From an uncultured Planctomycetaceae bacterium (GTDB lineage: Bacteria > Planctomycetota > Planctomycetia > Planctomycetales > Planctomycetaceae), in assembly GCA_963976765.1 (NCBI GenBank), contig CAXBME010000030.1, positions 1 through 64,000 on the forward strand: DNA of 64,000 nt. Direction: 5' to 3'. Position numbers and translations under genes: made by a program. The notes beneath the pieces were generated by a model, which did not search any database, was not told the DNA's origin, and worked only from the letters and a program-made list of their open reading frames with translations. Positions 60,609 through 64,000 of this stretch are shown one piece after another; position 1 is the first letter of the stretch, and the number at the start of each line of letters is the position of its first letter.

Positions 60609-61511
60609 TTATTTCGCATCTTCCTTCGGCTTGTCGGCTTCCGGCTTTTTGTCGGCGTCTCCGTCTTTTGCCGCGTCAGCCGGTTTTGCCTCAGCCGCAG
60701 GTTTGTCCTCAGCAGCCTTCGCGTCAGCAGCTTTCTTTTCCGCTTCGGCCTTTTTCGCGGCTTCTTCGGCTTTTTTCTTCTCTTCTTCAGCCTTCTTCTT
60801 TGCAGCCTCTTCAGCTTTTTTCTTCGCCTCTTCTTCGGCCTTCTTCTTCGCTTCTTCGGCCATACGTTTCTCTTCTTCAGCTTTTCGGATGGCTTCTTCT
60901 TCAGCTCGCTTCTTGTCGGCAACGAGGTCCGGAATAATCTGCAGGTCCGGTCGAGCGGCCTTCAGCTTCGCGACTCCGTCAATATCGACCTTCGTCTGCC
61001 AGATGTAAATCTTCTTGAGATTTTTCATCGGGACAATCGTGTCCAGCCCGGCGTTCGTCACTTCGGTGCCATAGACGTTGAGATATTCAAGGTTCTCAAG
61101 TTTCGTCAGATGCTTCAGAGCAGCGTCGGTGACCTTCGTTTTTTCGAGGTGCAGTTTGACCAGCCCGGTCGTGTCGGCGAGGTGGGCGACCCCCTTATCG
61201 TCGACTTCGGTCCCTCGCAGATTCAGCGAGTAGATACACTTCAAACCTTTGAGCGGTGCGACGTGGTCGTTGCCGATTTTTCCATCGGACAGGTGATAGG
61301 CAACCTCAACCCGGTTGTCGTTCTGAGCAACCTGCAGTGTCATCGCCCCAAGTTCTCGCAGCTTCGCCAGAGCGGTTTTGTCGGCTTCAGTCAGCTCAAT
61401 CCTGACGCTCTTTGAATCTTTGGAGTCTTCCGCCTGTGCCGCATGAAACGCGAACGTGGCGAGGGAAATCTGCAAAGCTGCAAGTGCACCGGACGTCAAA
61501 AGAAATCGCAT
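60609..61511 (-). CDS. Exported LRR-like protein with A/E/K-rich C-terminal tail
   Basis: Signal peptide; four L.L..T.V.D repeats; KAEEEAKK-type tandem repeats. Confidence 0.8.
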   Translation of the reverse strand: MRFLLTSGALAALQISLATFAFHAAQAEDSKDSKSVRIELTEADKTALAKLRELGAMTLQVAQNDNRVEVAYHLSDGKIGNDHVAPLKGLKCIYSLNLRGTEVDDKGVAHLADTTGLVKLHLEKTKVTDAALKHLTKLENLEYLNVYGTEVTNAGLDTIVPMKNLKKIYIWQTKVDIDGVAKLKAARPDLQIIPDLVADKKRAEEEAIRKAEEEKRMAEEAKKKAEEEAKKKAEEAAKKKAEEEKKKAEEAAKKAEAEKKAADAKAAEDKPAAEAKPADAAKDGDADKKPEADKPKEDAK

Positions 61512-61699
61512 CGCTGCCTCCTTCGTGTTGAGTTGCTCAACCTGAATTGACTGAGGTGGGAATCTTTCGCGTGGAATCTCGTCGAAGTCGATTCCACAGG
61601 AAAAACGATTCTATCAGCCTGTCCGGTATGTTGAAGCAACCAGCCGAATTGAGACATCAGCCAAATCAGCAGCGGGGTGACGCGAAGTTTGCCGGCGTC

Positions 61700-62080
61700 T
61701 CACACAGCGGCGGCCAGGTGGCTGTTCAGCTCGACCCACGACTCTCGATAACCTTCGAGTAACTCAATGGCCTTCTCGGCTGACTTTTTATCCTGCTGCA
61801 TGTCGGCCATGAAAAGGTACTTCTGTACGTGCAGAAAGTAGTCCTTCACATTGGTAGCGAGTTCTGGCGACGCGTCATCACGGATTCCGCTGAGCACTTC
61901 GGCGCAGTATTCACGGGCTCGAGCAGTTTCGCCGTGAGATGTCTCAAAATCGTGAGCTTCAATCGCGTTCAAAGCTTTCCGGCTATGCTTGAGCATCTCA
62001 TCGATCACCATCAGGTGGAGCCGATAAGGGCTGGCAGTCAAGACTTTGGCACGTAGATATTCGTCTCCGACACCGCTCAT
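61700..62080 (-). CDS. fliS: Flagellar export chaperone FliS
   Basis: YLRAKVLTASPYRLHLM...ELATN...Y...RESW; start placed at MSGVG. Confidence 0.8.
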   Translation of the reverse strand: MSGVGDEYLRAKVLTASPYRLHLMVIDEMLKHSRKALNAIEAHDFETSHGETARAREYCAEVLSGIRDDASPELATNVKDYFLHVQKYLFMADMQQDKKSAEKAIELLEGYRESWVELNSHLAAAV

Positions 62081-62637
62081 TGTGATTCCCCCTTTGATTG
62101 ACGCAAGCCGTGACTCAAATCGCCCCCCGACCAATACAGTCAGTCCTCGCGAGAGACGGGGCACCAGGCGCACCACGAGACTTATCAGGTCATTCGGCTG
62201 ACTGCTGGCAAACCGTGACCACGAATCTCTCAAGAATCCTTCGTGCAGGTTTTCGTCGCATCAGTCTGTGCCGGCGATTACGGCTGGGCAAACCAGGCGA
62301 CTTCATTGCCACCTCATTCGCTGCGATTTCCAGACGGTATCCTGAACAGCCAGAACGGATCAGCGGGAACCGGGGCGTGTCCGAGCGATGGTTGCCGGAC
62401 CGCTCTGAACTGTCCACAATCCCCGATTCCCGTGAGGTTTGGGCGGTGTCTTCGGAAGCGGTCTAAACGTTCTCGTCGGCATTCGTCTCGACGGAGACCG
62501 CCAGAAGAAAATTCGAATCCTGATTCAAGTTATTGCAGAACTGTCCGCAGCAGCAAAAAACTGACAAGAGCTTCAATCAACAACTGCTGAGTGACGGCCT
62601 GAGCATCGGCCTGCCCAGCGGACAAGGCTACCGAGAA

Positions 62638-64000
62638 ATGTCACCAAGGAATGATCCCGGAACTCTGTCGCCTTCCGAACTGGACGAGGCGTTCACAAAG
62701 GTTCTGGGCTACCTGAATTTCTCGAACGGAAAATCCGACGGTGATTTCCTCAGCCAGTTAAACTGCCTCGCCGACTATTGCGTTGTCGACACTTCCTGGG
62801 AGCCACTTCGGGAAGCGCTGGTTGAGCAACTGCAGCACCTGGCCGGCTCGTCCCCTGCATTCACCGATGCAGAACAAGCCTCAGCGGCTATGAAGATCAC
62901 TTTCGATTCACTGCTGCCAGCCTATCTCAAATTTCATTCAGACCTGTTGTTCCACCTGGAAGCTGCCGACTTCATCAATCCTTTCTTTCTGGGACGCTGT
63001 TTCGAAGCTGTCCTGGAACAGGGCGGGCCGTGGGACGATGTCGACCGTGTGGTCACCGGCGCGCTGGACCGGCTGAATGATTACCTCGGTTATCGCCCGG
63101 TGCCCGTGCTCGAAAACGGTCGCAAGATGATGCCGTACGAGCATGAACGTTTCCGACCGCTGCCGCTTTACATCGAAAGCGCCGGGGTCACTTCCGGCGA
63201 ACACAAGCCAATCATCGAACAGGCACTGGCGATGCTCAAAGCGACGCCGTCGGATGTACTGATCGGTGCCCATTTCGACCTGGCCAACCTCAGCGAACTG
63301 TCACTCGACGTTCGAGCGTACGATCACGACCACCCCGTCTACAAACGGACGAACTATCTGTTCGGCGAATGGGATCCTCACCTGATTGATGGTAAAGGCG
63401 ACTATCGCCGATTCGTCATCCGCAAAATTATTTTCGATGCGCTGATCGAGTGGGTCAGCTACCAGGTCGATCAGGAAGAAGCGATCTTCGACGCCGGAGC
63501 CGTTCTGTGCGGTACGATTCTGATGGCATCGGCAATCAGCGGCGACGGCCCGGCCTGCCATGACTCAACGGCGACGCTGACGTCGCTGTTGCCAGTCGTC
63601 GCTCGGCAACGCGACGACTTTTATGCGCGACTCATGTCGTCACAGAGTGGTAGCCGGGCAAAGCGACTCATCGCCGAAGCGAAGTCAACGCAGCAGCCCT
63701 TCGGTCACGTTCGCCAGGCACTGAATCTGCACCTTGCCCATTACGGTGCCCGGCAGGTGCAGTTTCGACAACTGGCAAACCTCTACGCTCGAATGGGACA
63801 CGCCGAGGCCGCTCGAAACCAGGCAGCCATCATTCCGTCCGTGTCAGCCAGATTTGAATGCGAATTTCAGTGGCGAGTCACAGCCGTACTGGGCGCCATC
63901 GACCGCAATGATATTGAGCTTGCCGACAACCTCCTCGCAGAAGTTGAAGACCTGCTGGAACGAGCTGTCCATTGCGGCGCGTTCGTTGATCCCTGGAACA
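62638..64000 (+). CDS. Large hypothetical protein, 3' partial (absent from the ORF track)
   Basis: ATG 62638 begins MSPRND...VLGYLNFSNG...GYRPVPVLE...NYLFGEWDPH; frame appears open to the window end. Confidence 0.75.
   Translation, partial: MSPRNDPGTLSPSELDEAFTKVLGYLNFSNGKSDGDFLSQLNCLADYCVVDTSWEPLREALVEQLQHLAGSSPAFTDAEQASAAMKITFDSLLPAYLKFHSDLLFHLEAADFINPFFLGRCFEAVLEQGGPWDDVDRVVTGALDRLNDYLGYRPVPVLENGRKMMPYEHERFRPLPLYIESAGVTSGEHKPIIEQALAMLKATPSDVLIGAHFDLANLSELSLDVRAYDHDHPVYKRTNYLFGEWDPHLIDGKGDYRRFVIRKIIFDALIEWVSYQVDQEEAIFDAGAVLCGTILMASAISGDGPACHDSTATLTSLLPVVARQRDDFYARLMSSQSGSRAKRLIAEAKSTQQPFGHVRQALNLHLAHYGARQVQFRQLANLYARMGHAEAARNQAAIIPSVSARFECEFQWRVTAVLGAIDRNDIELADNLLAEVEDLLERAVHCGAFVDPWN

Noticed and set aside
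60720..60910. Tandem nucleotide repeats resembling an array
   Set aside because: Explained by the coding KAEEEAKK low-complexity tail; no spacers.

Overview
Planctomycete-type DNA, judged by a PSD1/DUF1549-DUF1553 cytochrome c protein and several Planctomycete-style small proteins. Positions 1-~22,557 are the right-hand part of a genomic island integrated at the 3' end of a minus-strand tRNA-Ser(TGA) at 22,558-22,642. An AlpA-type excisionase and a tyrosine integrase lie next to the tRNA; the other island end is left of the window. The island starts with a tightly coupled anti-phage cluster: type I R-M hsdS, a Shedu-type DUF4263 nuclease, DUF2513, an AbiJ-NTD4/HEPN-like protein, and Hachiman hamA-hamB. 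Next come DUF932, a metallophosphoesterase, an EEP nuclease, a phage-like recombination/ssDNA module, and a full-length WYL regulator. Further along are a beta-CASP (RNase J-like) MBL hydrolase convergent with two uncharacterised PD-(D/E)XK-like proteins, and a WYL-less copy of the regulator's HTH domain. Related motifs recur upstream of several island transcription units, suggesting an island-wide WYL regulon. That regulon and the MBL/nuclease module are the best candidates for an undescribed system. Positions ~22.8-64 kb are mostly core genes (hflX, TrkA/KtrA, kdsD, bioA, PilB/GspE, queE, pfkA, HtrA, HDAC, rplX, fliS and others), plus one candidate structured RNA upstream of bioA. All family calls come from motif recognition by eye; no searches were run.
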